Assembly (NCBI GenBank): GCA_035458985.1
Contig: DATHYR010000041.1
Coordinates: 16,910 to 80,909, forward strand
Length of the DNA: 64,000 nt
Direction of reading: 5' to 3'
Source of the DNA: Pseudomonadales bacterium
GTDB lineage: Bacteria > Pseudomonadota > Gammaproteobacteria > Pseudomonadales > JAHEIH01
Below the pieces are notes generated by a model. It ran no database searches and was not told the origin of the DNA. It was given only the letters and a program-made list of their open reading frames with translations. Below are positions 49,964 through 58,522 of the stretch, piece after piece; position 1 is the stretch's first letter; the number at the start of each line of letters is the position of its first letter. Made by a program: the position numbers and the translations under genes.

Positions 49964-51199
49964 TTAACGCGTGAAACCTCCACGCAACGAATAGAGCGGC
50001 TCAAATAGCCACTCCGCAAAAGACCGACGACTCAACACAACGTCGGCCTCAAAACTCATCCCTGTTTTGAGTTGATAGCGTTTACCATGCGCCAATACCG
50101 AGGTTTCCTCCAAGGCGACTTTGGCGGTATAGACAAATTCTCCATGCGTATCGGCATTTGGTGTATCGTTGAGTTGCTCGATGATGCCATGATGCACCCC
50201 GTACTTTTGGTAGGGGTAAGCACTATATCTTAGCTCGACGGGTTGACCTTCACTGACAAAACCCGCCGCCTGCACTGGGATATGCATTACGCCAATAAGA
50301 CGCGCATTATGCGGAAGAATGTTAAGCAAGGCTTGACCTGGACGCACTTCATCGCCAACGTGAATGGCAATGCTGTCAACGACTCCGGACTGCGCTGCCA
50401 CAATGGCATGATACCCCTTCCCTTGAAGATCAATCATTTGCTGGGAAAAACCATGAGATGCCGCCTCATGTCGGCTCTTGTTGAGCGCTTGTTCGGTCGC
50501 CAAACTCGCCAGTTGTTGTTCTAGGGAGACATGTAGGCTTTGCTGATCGGCGAATTCGCCCTCCAGACTGAGCATTTGCAATCGCAGATGATGAATTTTT
50601 TCCTGCATATCAAGCAGTGAGGCGGCGGCCACATGTCCCTGCTCAAAAAGAATCTTAGCCCTATCATATTGCTGATTGGCCATCTGCAAAATTAATTCAC
50701 GATCATGCTTAGCTGTTTCAAATAACGCTAACTTTCGGGAAGAACCCGCCAACTGTGAAACGAGCCTCTGTTGTTTTTGGTCATCAAGCTCTGCTTGGCG
50801 AACTTGCTGTTCTAATAATGTCTGCTGCTGCTGATCCAGTACGCCTCGCTGAGCATCGAACACTGACAGCCCATTAGACATAAAATGAAGCGGACTCACG
50901 AGCATTAATACATCACCGGCCTCGACCGTCTGACCGATATTAACAAGCTGCTCAACGATTCGACCTTGCACTGGCGAACGATGTGTTTGTACACCGGCGG
51001 CGGGTTCTACCCAGCCAATGACCGTTTGATAGCGCACGAAGTGCTGAGTTATCAACCAGCCTGTCGCCACCATAGATAACACCATCATGACGACCATCAC
51101 CCACAGATAGTTGGTTTGTAATGGCGTATAGAATGGCCTTACACGGCCCTGGGCGGCATACAATACGGCATCCTGCCGAAAAATAGGTAACGCTTTCAT
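49964..51199 (-). CDS. HlyD/CvaA family membrane fusion protein
   Basis: N-terminal FRQDAV motif as in bacteriocin MFPs, one TM helix, a long Gln/Leu-rich coiled-coil and a C-terminal beta-barrel domain. 411 aa. Confidence 0.85.
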   Translation of the reverse strand: MKALPIFRQDAVLYAAQGRVRPFYTPLQTNYLWVMVVMMVLSMVATGWLITQHFVRYQTVIGWVEPAAGVQTHRSPVQGRIVEQLVNIGQTVEAGDVLMLVSPLHFMSNGLSVFDAQRGVLDQQQQTLLEQQVRQAELDDQKQQRLVSQLAGSSRKLALFETAKHDRELILQMANQQYDRAKILFEQGHVAAASLLDMQEKIHHLRLQMLSLEGEFADQQSLHVSLEQQLASLATEQALNKSRHEAASHGFSQQMIDLQGKGYHAIVAAQSGVVDSIAIHVGDEVRPGQALLNILPHNARLIGVMHIPVQAAGFVSEGQPVELRYSAYPYQKYGVHHGIIEQLNDTPNADTHGEFVYTAKVALEETSVLAHGKRYQLKTGMSFEADVVLSRRSFAEWLFEPLYSLRGGFTR

Positions 51200-51304
51200 A
51201 GCATCCTTGCTGTCGTTAACGGATATAACTCGGTTTAGAAATTGTAGTTAACATTAGGAAAGTTTTTATACGTTTCTGTTACAAGCGACCCTGGCCATAT
51301 AACC

Positions 51305-52189
51305 ATGAATCAAAGAAGCCCTGTCCAAAAGTCCATCGATCTTTCATCGCATCGTATCAACGTGCACGAATGGGGACAGGCTTTGCAAGATCAACCCACG
51401 GTGGTTTTAGTCCATGCGACAGGTTTTCATGGCCGCACTTGGGACAAGGTGGTTAGTCACCTGCCCCATCATCACGTTATTGCGTTAGACCTTCGTGGTC
51501 ACGGCATGAGTGACGCGCTCACCTTTAATAGCTGGTATGAGCTCGGTGAAGATGTGGCAAGTACACTGAGAAAATTGCAGCTACACAATGTCATCTTGGT
51601 CGGACATTCCCTCGGCGGAGTCGCTAGTGTTGTCGCCGCGCATCTTGAACCCAATATTGTCGAAAAAGTGATGCTGATCGATCCGGTCATTTTACCGCCA
51701 CCGGTTTATCAGGGTATGGACCTTCCGATGCACCATGCCGAGAAAACAACTAAGGCACGACAGGCTGAATTTCCCAGTATTGACTCAATGATTAGCCGCT
51801 ACCAAGACAGGCAACCCTTCGCGGTATTTGACCCGGAGGTATTTCGTGATTACGTACAACACGGTCTGCATTGGAACGAGGACAAGCAAGCCTACACACT
51901 TGCCTGTAAACCGGACTTTGAAGCGAGGGTCTACACCCACATGAGCAGTTTCAAAGACATATACAAAACCCTAGAAAGTCTTGAACAAACCGTGCACGTG
52001 TTGCGGGCCATGGCTCCCCCAAGCTTTGATAAATTCTATGGATTCTCCTATTCACCCACCTATCCCGGCCTCGTTCAGCACATAAAAAAGGGCAAAGATA
52101 TTCATTTAGATAGCCTGACGCATTTCATCCCCCAACAGGATCCTGTGTTAACGGCGGAACATATTAAGCACCTTATCGAAGAAACCTAA
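51305..52189 (+). CDS. alpha/beta hydrolase
   Basis: HATGFHGRTW (oxyanion region), nucleophile elbow GHSLGG, and a C-terminal His (LTHFIPQQDP). Confidence 0.8.
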   Translation: MNQRSPVQKSIDLSSHRINVHEWGQALQDQPTVVLVHATGFHGRTWDKVVSHLPHHHVIALDLRGHGMSDALTFNSWYELGEDVASTLRKLQLHNVILVGHSLGGVASVVAAHLEPNIVEKVMLIDPVILPPPVYQGMDLPMHHAEKTTKARQAEFPSIDSMISRYQDRQPFAVFDPEVFRDYVQHGLHWNEDKQAYTLACKPDFEARVYTHMSSFKDIYKTLESLEQTVHVLRAMAPPSFDKFYGFSYSPTYPGLVQHIKKGKDIHLDSLTHFIPQQDPVLTAEHIKHLIEET

Positions 52190-52217
52190 AAAACATCACT
52201 TTTTTACCTCGCAGAGG

Positions 52218-52246
52218 TTGACGCTCCCTGCCCCAACCTCTATTAT
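52218..52246 (+). promoter_or_regulatory. sigma70-type promoter for tRNA-Ala
   Basis: TTGACG, a 17-nt spacer, then TATTAT, followed by a GC-rich discriminator (TCGCACC). About 38 nt upstream of the tRNA 5' end. Confidence 0.6.
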
Positions 52247-52283
52247 TCGCACCACTTTCGAGGCACACTCGAATCCCAAATTT

Positions 52284-52359
52284 GGGGCCTTAGCTCAGCT
52301 GGGAGAGCGCAACACTGGCAGTGTTGAGGTCAGCGGTTCGATCCCGCTAGGCTCCACCA
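52284..52359 (+). tRNA. tRNA-Ala (anticodon GGC)
   Basis: Cloverleaf folded by hand: acceptor GGGGCCT/AGGCTCC with the G3:U70 Ala identity pair, D-arm GCTC/GAGC, anticodon stem CAACA/TGTTG with loop CTGGCAG, T-arm AGCGG-TTCGATC-CCGCT, and an encoded CCA. Confidence 0.93.
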
Positions 52360-52368
52360 AAAATAAAA

Positions 52369-52395
52369 GATCACCTTCGGGTGGTCTTTTTTTTT
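52369..52395 (+). terminator. Rho-independent terminator 1 after tRNA-Ala
   Basis: GATCACC-TTCG-GGTGGTC followed by nine T. Confidence 0.75.
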
Positions 52396-52443
52396 GCGTG
52401 GCAAAGCCGGCGTGGAGAGAACCGCTGAAAGCGAGTTCAATGA

Positions 52444-52470
52444 AGACCACCTCCTGGTGGTCTTTTTTTT
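52444..52470 (+). terminator. Rho-independent terminator 2 (duplicate)
   Basis: AGACCACC-TCCT-GGTGGTCT followed by eight T. Confidence 0.7.
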
Positions 52471-52550
52471 GCGTGGCAAAGCCGGCGTGTAAAGTTATGG
52501 GAGTCGTCTGCTGGCAGACGGCGATAGCGCTTGTCTATTTCACATGCGAG

Positions 52551-53744
52551 ATGCTACAAAGACATCCTTCCAATATGTGCGATCTCATCATGATAAAAAA
52601 CACCCTAACACTCTACCCCGCTGCGCAAGCCCTTGGCGCCTCAGCGGCGCCCATCGTGATCTCTCTGGCGGGACTGGTGAGTATTTCGCTCGGAGCGCAC
52701 AAGGACATCGCCACACTGCCCATCTTTTTACTGAACGCAGGGATGGCCGTTTCCACCTTGATCGCGGCCTATTCCATCAAAACCTTAGGGCGAAAAACCG
52801 CCTACATCATCGCCGCCACGGTGGCGCTTCTCGGTGCAGGCTTACAAACAGCGGCGCTTCTACACACCTCATTTTTATTGTTTTGCATTGGCACTACTAT
52901 GCTAGGTTTTAACGCGGCGCATATTCAGACCTACCGCTTTGCTGTCATGGAGGGACAACCCACGCACGATCATGGCAAAGCTATTTCTAGGGTCATGCTC
53001 GGTGGTCTAGTAGCCGCCATTATCGGGCCACAGATTGTCGTATGGGGAGGAACGTTAGCAAGCGGACAATTCATCGCTAGCTTTGGTGGTATTGGTGTTT
53101 TGCTGGTCTTGCAAATCCTCATCCTCAGTGGACTGCCTCGTTCGCCAGCACAGTCTCGGCAACAGCATCAGCAACCCAAGGTATCCATCTGGACCCTGTT
53201 ATCTCGACCGACCTACGTTACGGCCATGCTCGCGGGCGTGGTGTCCTATGCGTTAATGGCCTTTGTGATGACCGCTGCCCCCATTGCCATGGTGTCGCAT
53301 GGGCATCCTGTGAGCGATGCTGCGCTTGGCATTCAATGGCACGTGCTGGCGATGTATGCGCCCAGTTTTTTCACAGGCAAACTGATTGAGCGCTTTGGCA
53401 AAGCCACCATTACCGCGATCGGCTTACTTTTCATTGCACTTTCCGGGGGTCTAGCCCTCATGGGGTTAGACTTAATGCATTTCTGGGGTACGTTGATACT
53501 CTTAGGTCTTGGTTGGAATTTTGGCTTTACCGGCGCCACGGCCTTAATCGCCACCTCAGTCAGCGACGAAGAGAAAAGTGTCGCACAGGGCCTGAATGAC
53601 TTTATGATCTTCACGACCATGGCCATTGGGTCACTCATGGCTGGCTTCATGTTTAATTCCATTGGCTGGCAAATGCTGAATCTAGTGGTCTTTCCCGGCG
53701 TAGCCATAGCCCTGGCTATGATGCTCCTCCACCGCGCGAAATAA
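52551..53744 (+). CDS. MFS transporter
   Basis: About 12 TM helices. The track ORF (52218-) runs through the tRNA and terminators, so the start was moved to the first downstream ATG (52551; 52575 and 52590 are also possible). Confidence 0.78.
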   Translation: MLQRHPSNMCDLIMIKNTLTLYPAAQALGASAAPIVISLAGLVSISLGAHKDIATLPIFLLNAGMAVSTLIAAYSIKTLGRKTAYIIAATVALLGAGLQTAALLHTSFLLFCIGTTMLGFNAAHIQTYRFAVMEGQPTHDHGKAISRVMLGGLVAAIIGPQIVVWGGTLASGQFIASFGGIGVLLVLQILILSGLPRSPAQSRQQHQQPKVSIWTLLSRPTYVTAMLAGVVSYALMAFVMTAAPIAMVSHGHPVSDAALGIQWHVLAMYAPSFFTGKLIERFGKATITAIGLLFIALSGGLALMGLDLMHFWGTLILLGLGWNFGFTGATALIATSVSDEEKSVAQGLNDFMIFTTMAIGSLMAGFMFNSIGWQMLNLVVFPGVAIALAMMLLHRAK

Positions 53745-53765
53745 CCCCCAACGAGGAAACCCATC

Positions 53766-54305
53766 ATGACAACACATATTGAGCAACACTGCCGCGACTG
53801 GGTAAATGCCATGGTGGTCGGCCAGAATCTATGCCCTTTTGCCAAGCGGAGTCTCGACGCAAACGGTGTGCGTTTCAAAATATTGGAAGGATCTCTCGAC
53901 ACACTAGCGGATGTCTTTTTGGGGGAATTACAACTGCTGGACATGGATGAACGCGTCGAAACTACCCTACTAATTATTCCACAAGGGCTCGAGGACTTTA
54001 TGGATTATCTCGACATCCTCGAGGGCGCGAATCAAATGCTTGATGAACTCGGTTATGAAGGCGTTTATCAGATTGCTAGTTTCCACCCAAGGTACCAGTT
54101 TGAAAACACGGCGGAGGACGCCCCAAGTAACTACACCAACCGCGCCCCTTTCCCCATATTGCACTTGTTACGCGAGGCGAGTATCGAAAAAGCCATCGAG
54201 GCCTATGGCAGAGAAAACGCCGAGCGCATCCCCCATAACAACATCGACAATTTGGAACGAATGGGATTAGAGAACATCCTTGCGTTGCTGCGTAAATCCT
54301 CTTAA
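53766..54305 (+). CDS. DUF1415 family protein
   Basis: 179 aa. N-terminal W...V.G.NLCPFAK motif and overall size match my recollection of DUF1415. Not verified by a search. Confidence 0.55.
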   Translation: MTTHIEQHCRDWVNAMVVGQNLCPFAKRSLDANGVRFKILEGSLDTLADVFLGELQLLDMDERVETTLLIIPQGLEDFMDYLDILEGANQMLDELGYEGVYQIASFHPRYQFENTAEDAPSNYTNRAPFPILHLLREASIEKAIEAYGRENAERIPHNNIDNLERMGLENILALLRKSS

Positions 54306-55396
54306 ACGGAGGATTTCCCACGGACAGACTTATCGGCGGATACATCGGACAAATCGACACCCAAGGCCGTAATTCGCTCTTTCCAGAGCGTCTTCGCCAA
54401 GGCACGAAGGTCTTCGACCTTGTCCATTTCATCCATGATATCCATCCCGATCAACGTTTCGAAGATATCCTCTAGCGATAACAACCCTTGTACTGTGCCA
54501 TATTCATCCACAACAAGGGCAATGTGTGATTTCTCGCGCATCAACTGTTTGTAGCCTTCCATGGCTGTCAGCCGATCAGAAATCACCAAAAATTCGCGTT
54601 CAAATTCATGAAGCTGGCGATCAAATTGATCATTAGCTTGAGCGATGAGCAGATCGGTTTTTAACACATAACCTGAGATATCATCATGACCTGCCCCGTA
54701 GATGGGAATGCGTGAAAACGACGACTCAGCATGGAGTGAAAAAAACATCGCTACCGTTTCTTGTCTCGACGCAGTGACCAATACGGTTCTTGGTGTCATC
54801 AAATCACGCACGGAGAGTTGTCGCAGCATCAACAAGTTGGACACAATCTTATGCTCGTTATGATCAATAACACCCTCTCGCTTGCCAATATCAATCATGG
54901 CCGTCACTTCTTCGCGCGAAAAGGTGTGCAGCCCCTCATTGGACGAGGAAATTAATTGCGTCACCTTGCCCGACGCCCATACGAGTGGATACAACAACCG
55001 CGTCATCCAATGAATAATCACGCACATGATTCCTGCCAATTGTTTCCAATAATTGGCACCGATGGTTTTGGGAATAATTTCAGAAAAAATGAGGATCAGC
55101 AGCGTGAGTACCGCCGAAATCAAGCCAAAGTATTCATCACCGAAAACATAACTGGCCTGTGCTCCTACCCCGGCAGCACCGACAGTGTGCGCAATAGTAT
55201 TGGCGGTTAATATCGCCGCCAAATGCTTATCCATATTGTGTTGTTGATCACTCAGTAAGCGCGCTTTGCGACTATTGGGGTCCAAGGAGGCTATAAATGA
55301 GGGGCGAGTAGACAACAACACCGCCTCCGACACAGAGCACAAAAACGACACACCAATGGCTAAGAAGAGGTATAACAGTAGTAATTCCATGAACAA
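54302..55396 (-). CDS. CNNM/DUF21 plus CBS-pair domain membrane protein (CorB/HlyC-like family)
   Basis: Four N-terminal TM helices (DUF21: SEAVLLS..., FSEIIPKT), then two CBS motifs (VRDLMTPR..., IALVVDEYGTVQGLLSLEDI). No long CorC_HlyC tail. Confidence 0.8.
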   Translation of the reverse strand: MFMELLLLYLFLAIGVSFLCSVSEAVLLSTRPSFIASLDPNSRKARLLSDQQHNMDKHLAAILTANTIAHTVGAAGVGAQASYVFGDEYFGLISAVLTLLILIFSEIIPKTIGANYWKQLAGIMCVIIHWMTRLLYPLVWASGKVTQLISSSNEGLHTFSREEVTAMIDIGKREGVIDHNEHKIVSNLLMLRQLSVRDLMTPRTVLVTASRQETVAMFFSLHAESSFSRIPIYGAGHDDISGYVLKTDLLIAQANDQFDRQLHEFEREFLVISDRLTAMEGYKQLMREKSHIALVVDEYGTVQGLLSLEDIFETLIGMDIMDEMDKVEDLRALAKTLWKERITALGVDLSDVSADKSVRGKSSV

Positions 55397-55492
55397 GACT
55401 CAGGTAAATGATACGCCACTCACTATAGTTGATATACGGATTGGCGGCACACCTAGTCGCCGTATACTGCACGAAAATGCGCGCGCAAAACG

Positions 55493-56419
55493 TTAACGTT
55501 TATATAAAGGAAATGGCGTTTCCCCCCGTTCAAGCCGAGCAATATTTTCTGCCAGTACTTTGGCGGCTGAACGCGCATGGGTGGCACCCGACATGTGCGG
55601 TGTCACCACCACATTAGGATGAGACCACAGGGGTGAAGAGACGGGTAGCGGCTCTTGCTCAAAAACATCGAGAACCGCGAGAGATAAATGCCCCGCATCG
55701 AGCTGCGCCAATAAGGCCGAGTGATCAATAATGCCACCCCGGCTCACATTAATCACCACGCCACCTTTTTTGATGCATTTCATGCGGGATGCATTGATTA
55801 AGTGCCGCGTATTGGGCTTTAAGGGTAAGCAATTCACTACGACATCAACACCTTGCATGGCCTCTTCAAGGGCGTGGTCGCCAATAAAACAGGTCATATC
55901 GATGGCTTCTACCGGGCGTAGATTCCAACCGCGAACATCAAAACCGTTGATGTGAAGACGCCTGGCCACCTCTGCACCTACTGGCCCAAGACCGAGTACC
56001 AAAACGGTGTAATCTCTCACACGAGGTGACATGTAGCGCTGCCAGTACTTATCGTTTTGCTGCTGACGGTACACATCAAAACCGCGCTGAGCATGCAATA
56101 CCCAATGCAAAACATAAAACGCCATATCGTCCAATATTTCGGGGTCAATCAAACGCACAATTGGCACATCGGGTACGCGTTCAGCCGCGTCAATGTCTTC
56201 CGTACCCGCACCCAGGATAAAAATGGCTTCAAGATGGGGGTAGCGGAATAAGTCTTCCATCGGGTGATGCCATACCGCCGCATAACGAATACGCGCAACC
56301 CACTCAGGTTGCTGCTGCACCGTTGAAAACTCAACCACGGGCAGATCGGGACGCCATTGCGTCAGATTTTCAACCCAAGGAGTATTATCGTAACCATGAT
56401 TATTGAGGAGAATTGCCAA
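55493..56419 (-). CDS. ghrA: D-2-hydroxyacid dehydrogenase, GhrA-like glyoxylate/hydroxypyruvate reductase
   Basis: YAAVWHHP...AIFILGAGTEDI parallels E. coli GhrA YALVWHPP...AVFALGAGVDSI. NAD fold LGLGPVGAEVA, VSRGG..D, DVFEQEPLP..SPLW.HPNV..TPH. Confidence 0.78.
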   Translation of the reverse strand: MAILLNNHGYDNTPWVENLTQWRPDLPVVEFSTVQQQPEWVARIRYAAVWHHPMEDLFRYPHLEAIFILGAGTEDIDAAERVPDVPIVRLIDPEILDDMAFYVLHWVLHAQRGFDVYRQQQNDKYWQRYMSPRVRDYTVLVLGLGPVGAEVARRLHINGFDVRGWNLRPVEAIDMTCFIGDHALEEAMQGVDVVVNCLPLKPNTRHLINASRMKCIKKGGVVINVSRGGIIDHSALLAQLDAGHLSLAVLDVFEQEPLPVSSPLWSHPNVVVTPHMSGATHARSAAKVLAENIARLERGETPFPLYKR

Positions 56420-56451
56420 AATATTCCCTAACAGCTTAGTGATCTGAAGAT

Positions 56452-58494
56452 TTAAGTATCACGCTTCCATGAATGTTCCGAGATGACTCTTTCAATTTCA
56501 TTAGTCAACACGTCGATTTCTATCGGTTTACTAACAAATCCGTCCATACCCGCTTCTATAAATTGTTGCTGCTGCTCTACCATAGCATCAGCACTAATCG
56601 CTAAGACAGGAATCGTACTACAAACAGTGCCGCTGCTACGCAAAATTCGCACAGCCTCGCAACCACTCATGACTGGCATATTGTTATCCATGAGCACGAC
56701 ATCAAAATCGCATGGGTTTGCATAGAGTTCGTCCAAGGCTTGCTGACCATTTTCAACACATACTACCGTATGCCCCAGCTTTTCCAATGCAGCTTGTATC
56801 AACATTTGATTGACCTCTTGATCTTCTGCAACCAATATTTTCAAGGATATACCTTCAAGGGCAGGGTCATTTTCTATGGTTAATACATGCGACCCAGATG
56901 AAAGGGGCAGCGTTAATGTCACAAAAAAGGTAGAGCCCTTACCCACCTGACTTTCGCACCAAATATCCCCCCCCATAAGCGTGACGAGTTGCTGACAAAT
57001 GGCTAATCCAAGTCCAGTCCCTTTAATATATTTTTCATCTTGAGTCAGCTGGGTGAAACGCTCAAAAATATGATGTTGATTCTCAGGCGTTATGCCTGGA
57101 CCAGTATCACTAATCGTGATCACAACTTTAGCGTGCTCGTTTTCAATTTCATATGCAACATTGAAAGTAACATGCCCATGATCAGTAAACTTTATAGCGT
57201 TACTCAATAAATTAATCACGACTTGGCGAAGCCTTATTTCATCGCCAAGAAGGAAAATATCGCTTGCTCCTGATATATCTGAGTAGAAGCTTAGGCCTTT
57301 TTTACTCAATAGTGGGGAGACTAAGACTCTCACTTTGGCAAAAAAGCTTTTAATCGAAAAAGGCCTAATTTGGATATGAAACTTGCCTTCTTCTAACTTG
57401 GAAAAGTCCAAAATATCATCGATGATTTGGAGTAAGGAGGAAGTCGCTGAAAGCGCAATATTAATGAAATTCCTTTGCTGTTGGTCGTTATCTGTATCAC
57501 TGGCCATATTCAGAGACATTAAAATCGCATTCATGGGTGTACGAATCTCGTGGCTCATGTTGGCCAAGAAACGACTTTTTATGTCCTTAGCAACTTCGGC
57601 ATCTTTTAACGCGCTTTCAAGTTTGATCTGATTTTCTGTTAATTTTTTTTCTGTTTTTTTCAATAAAATAAAAGGACTTACTAATAGGCTATAGCCAAGT
57701 AAGAAAAGTACAGCCATAGAAGAGATAATTATAAATAAAAGACTTTTCTTAAGATCATCTTCAATCAATAACTGTTGCGAAATATTTTCAGATATATCAA
57801 AGGATATAAGGTAGTTGACTGGAAACTCACTTAACCTGCCTTTGACTGTGTGCTTAAAATCACTAGTGATTAGGTCTGTGGTAAAAGACCCGAGTTGAAA
57901 ATTCAATTTCATTTCATACTTATGATTAAAATTGCTCTCATCTGAGATTATTGTTTGAAAGTCGACTGGGTATGACTGCCCTATAAAGCCCTCAATAAAG
58001 CCCTGATAATATACTGGTAAAAATATTACTAAGCGTTTATCAGGCATACTTGCCAAATAAACATATTCAGAATCATTCATCAGGCTGTCAACTACCATCA
58101 ACATAGTATCAGCCTCAAAAAACGGGAAGTCTTGCGTCTGATAAATTGACTGCCCCATGAAATCATAGAGACTTGTGGGAATCTTATGATTTAAAAACTT
58201 ATGGTCATTTATTCGAGCAATTAAACCAATATCATCGCGATCAGATAATATGATGCTGCCGACAATTATATCACTTTCAGAGAGATTCTTAGCGTGGGCA
58301 ATACGTACTGAAAGCGCGCCTTCGATCTGTTGGATTTTAGAACTAAGAACTAAATTTTCGTTATTAACTCGATAATCACTAAGACGCTGTGAAAGATCTG
58401 GCACAAAAAACCAGTAAGATATGATCAACAGTACCAATCCAACCACAAAGACAATAGCACCATGAACTAAAATTATTTTTAGTCTTTGACTCAT
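56452..58494 (-). CDS. hybrid sensor histidine kinase/response regulator (no Hpt domain)
   Basis: Two TM helices flank a ~220-aa extracytoplasmic domain. H-box MSHEIRTPMNAI, N/G boxes (NLLSNAIKFT, DTGPGI, GTGLGLAICQQLV) and a C-terminal receiver (ILVAEDQ...VLMDNNMP). The gene is markedly AT-rich. Confidence 0.88.
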   Translation of the reverse strand: MSQRLKIILVHGAIVFVVGLVLLIISYWFFVPDLSQRLSDYRVNNENLVLSSKIQQIEGALSVRIAHAKNLSESDIIVGSIILSDRDDIGLIARINDHKFLNHKIPTSLYDFMGQSIYQTQDFPFFEADTMLMVVDSLMNDSEYVYLASMPDKRLVIFLPVYYQGFIEGFIGQSYPVDFQTIISDESNFNHKYEMKLNFQLGSFTTDLITSDFKHTVKGRLSEFPVNYLISFDISENISQQLLIEDDLKKSLLFIIISSMAVLFLLGYSLLVSPFILLKKTEKKLTENQIKLESALKDAEVAKDIKSRFLANMSHEIRTPMNAILMSLNMASDTDNDQQQRNFINIALSATSSLLQIIDDILDFSKLEEGKFHIQIRPFSIKSFFAKVRVLVSPLLSKKGLSFYSDISGASDIFLLGDEIRLRQVVINLLSNAIKFTDHGHVTFNVAYEIENEHAKVVITISDTGPGITPENQHHIFERFTQLTQDEKYIKGTGLGLAICQQLVTLMGGDIWCESQVGKGSTFFVTLTLPLSSGSHVLTIENDPALEGISLKILVAEDQEVNQMLIQAALEKLGHTVVCVENGQQALDELYANPCDFDVVLMDNNMPVMSGCEAVRILRSSGTVCSTIPVLAISADAMVEQQQQFIEAGMDGFVSKPIEIDVLTNEIERVISEHSWKRDT

Positions 58495-58522
58495 GCTATG
58501 TCACCTGGATTTCGATACATCA

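Larger units (their letters stand above)
52367..52489 (+). repeat. tandem duplication (period 76 nt) of a terminator hairpin plus the GCGTGGCAAAGCCGGCGTG module
   Basis: 52367-52414 and 52443-52489 share GGTGGTC-T(8-9)-GCGTGGCAAAGCCGGCGTG exactly. The ascending stem arms differ (GATCACCTTCG versus GACCACCTCCT). Confidence 0.75.

Noticed and set aside
52218-52550. N-terminal third of the 508-aa track ORF (52218-53744)
   Set aside because: It reads straight through the tRNA-Ala gene, two terminators and the duplicated module. Only the distal part, from about 52551, is a plausible MFS transporter CDS.
51305-53744. Possibility that tRNA-Ala marks an integrase-mediated genomic island carrying the peptide-export locus
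   Set aside because: There is no integrase, excisionase or transposase anywhere in the window. The duplicated sequence does not include the tRNA 3' end. The locus lies upstream of the tRNA, not at its 3' side. G+C in the one 60-nt line I counted there (49441-49500, 27/60) is below the GC-rich flank sample at 55561-55620 (37/60) but not as extreme as the 56.4-59.9 kb insert.
53333-53944. 203-aa minus-strand ORF
   Set aside because: It is antisense to the MFS transporter and to the DUF1415 start. Its composition is Ser/Pro/Lys-rich, typical of shadow frames, with no RBS or family motif.
54302-55396. Calling the DUF21-CBS protein a hemolysin
   Set aside because: The 'hemolysin' label for this family is historical. 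The sequence shows only CNNM/CorB-type transporter-like domains, and there is no toxin context.
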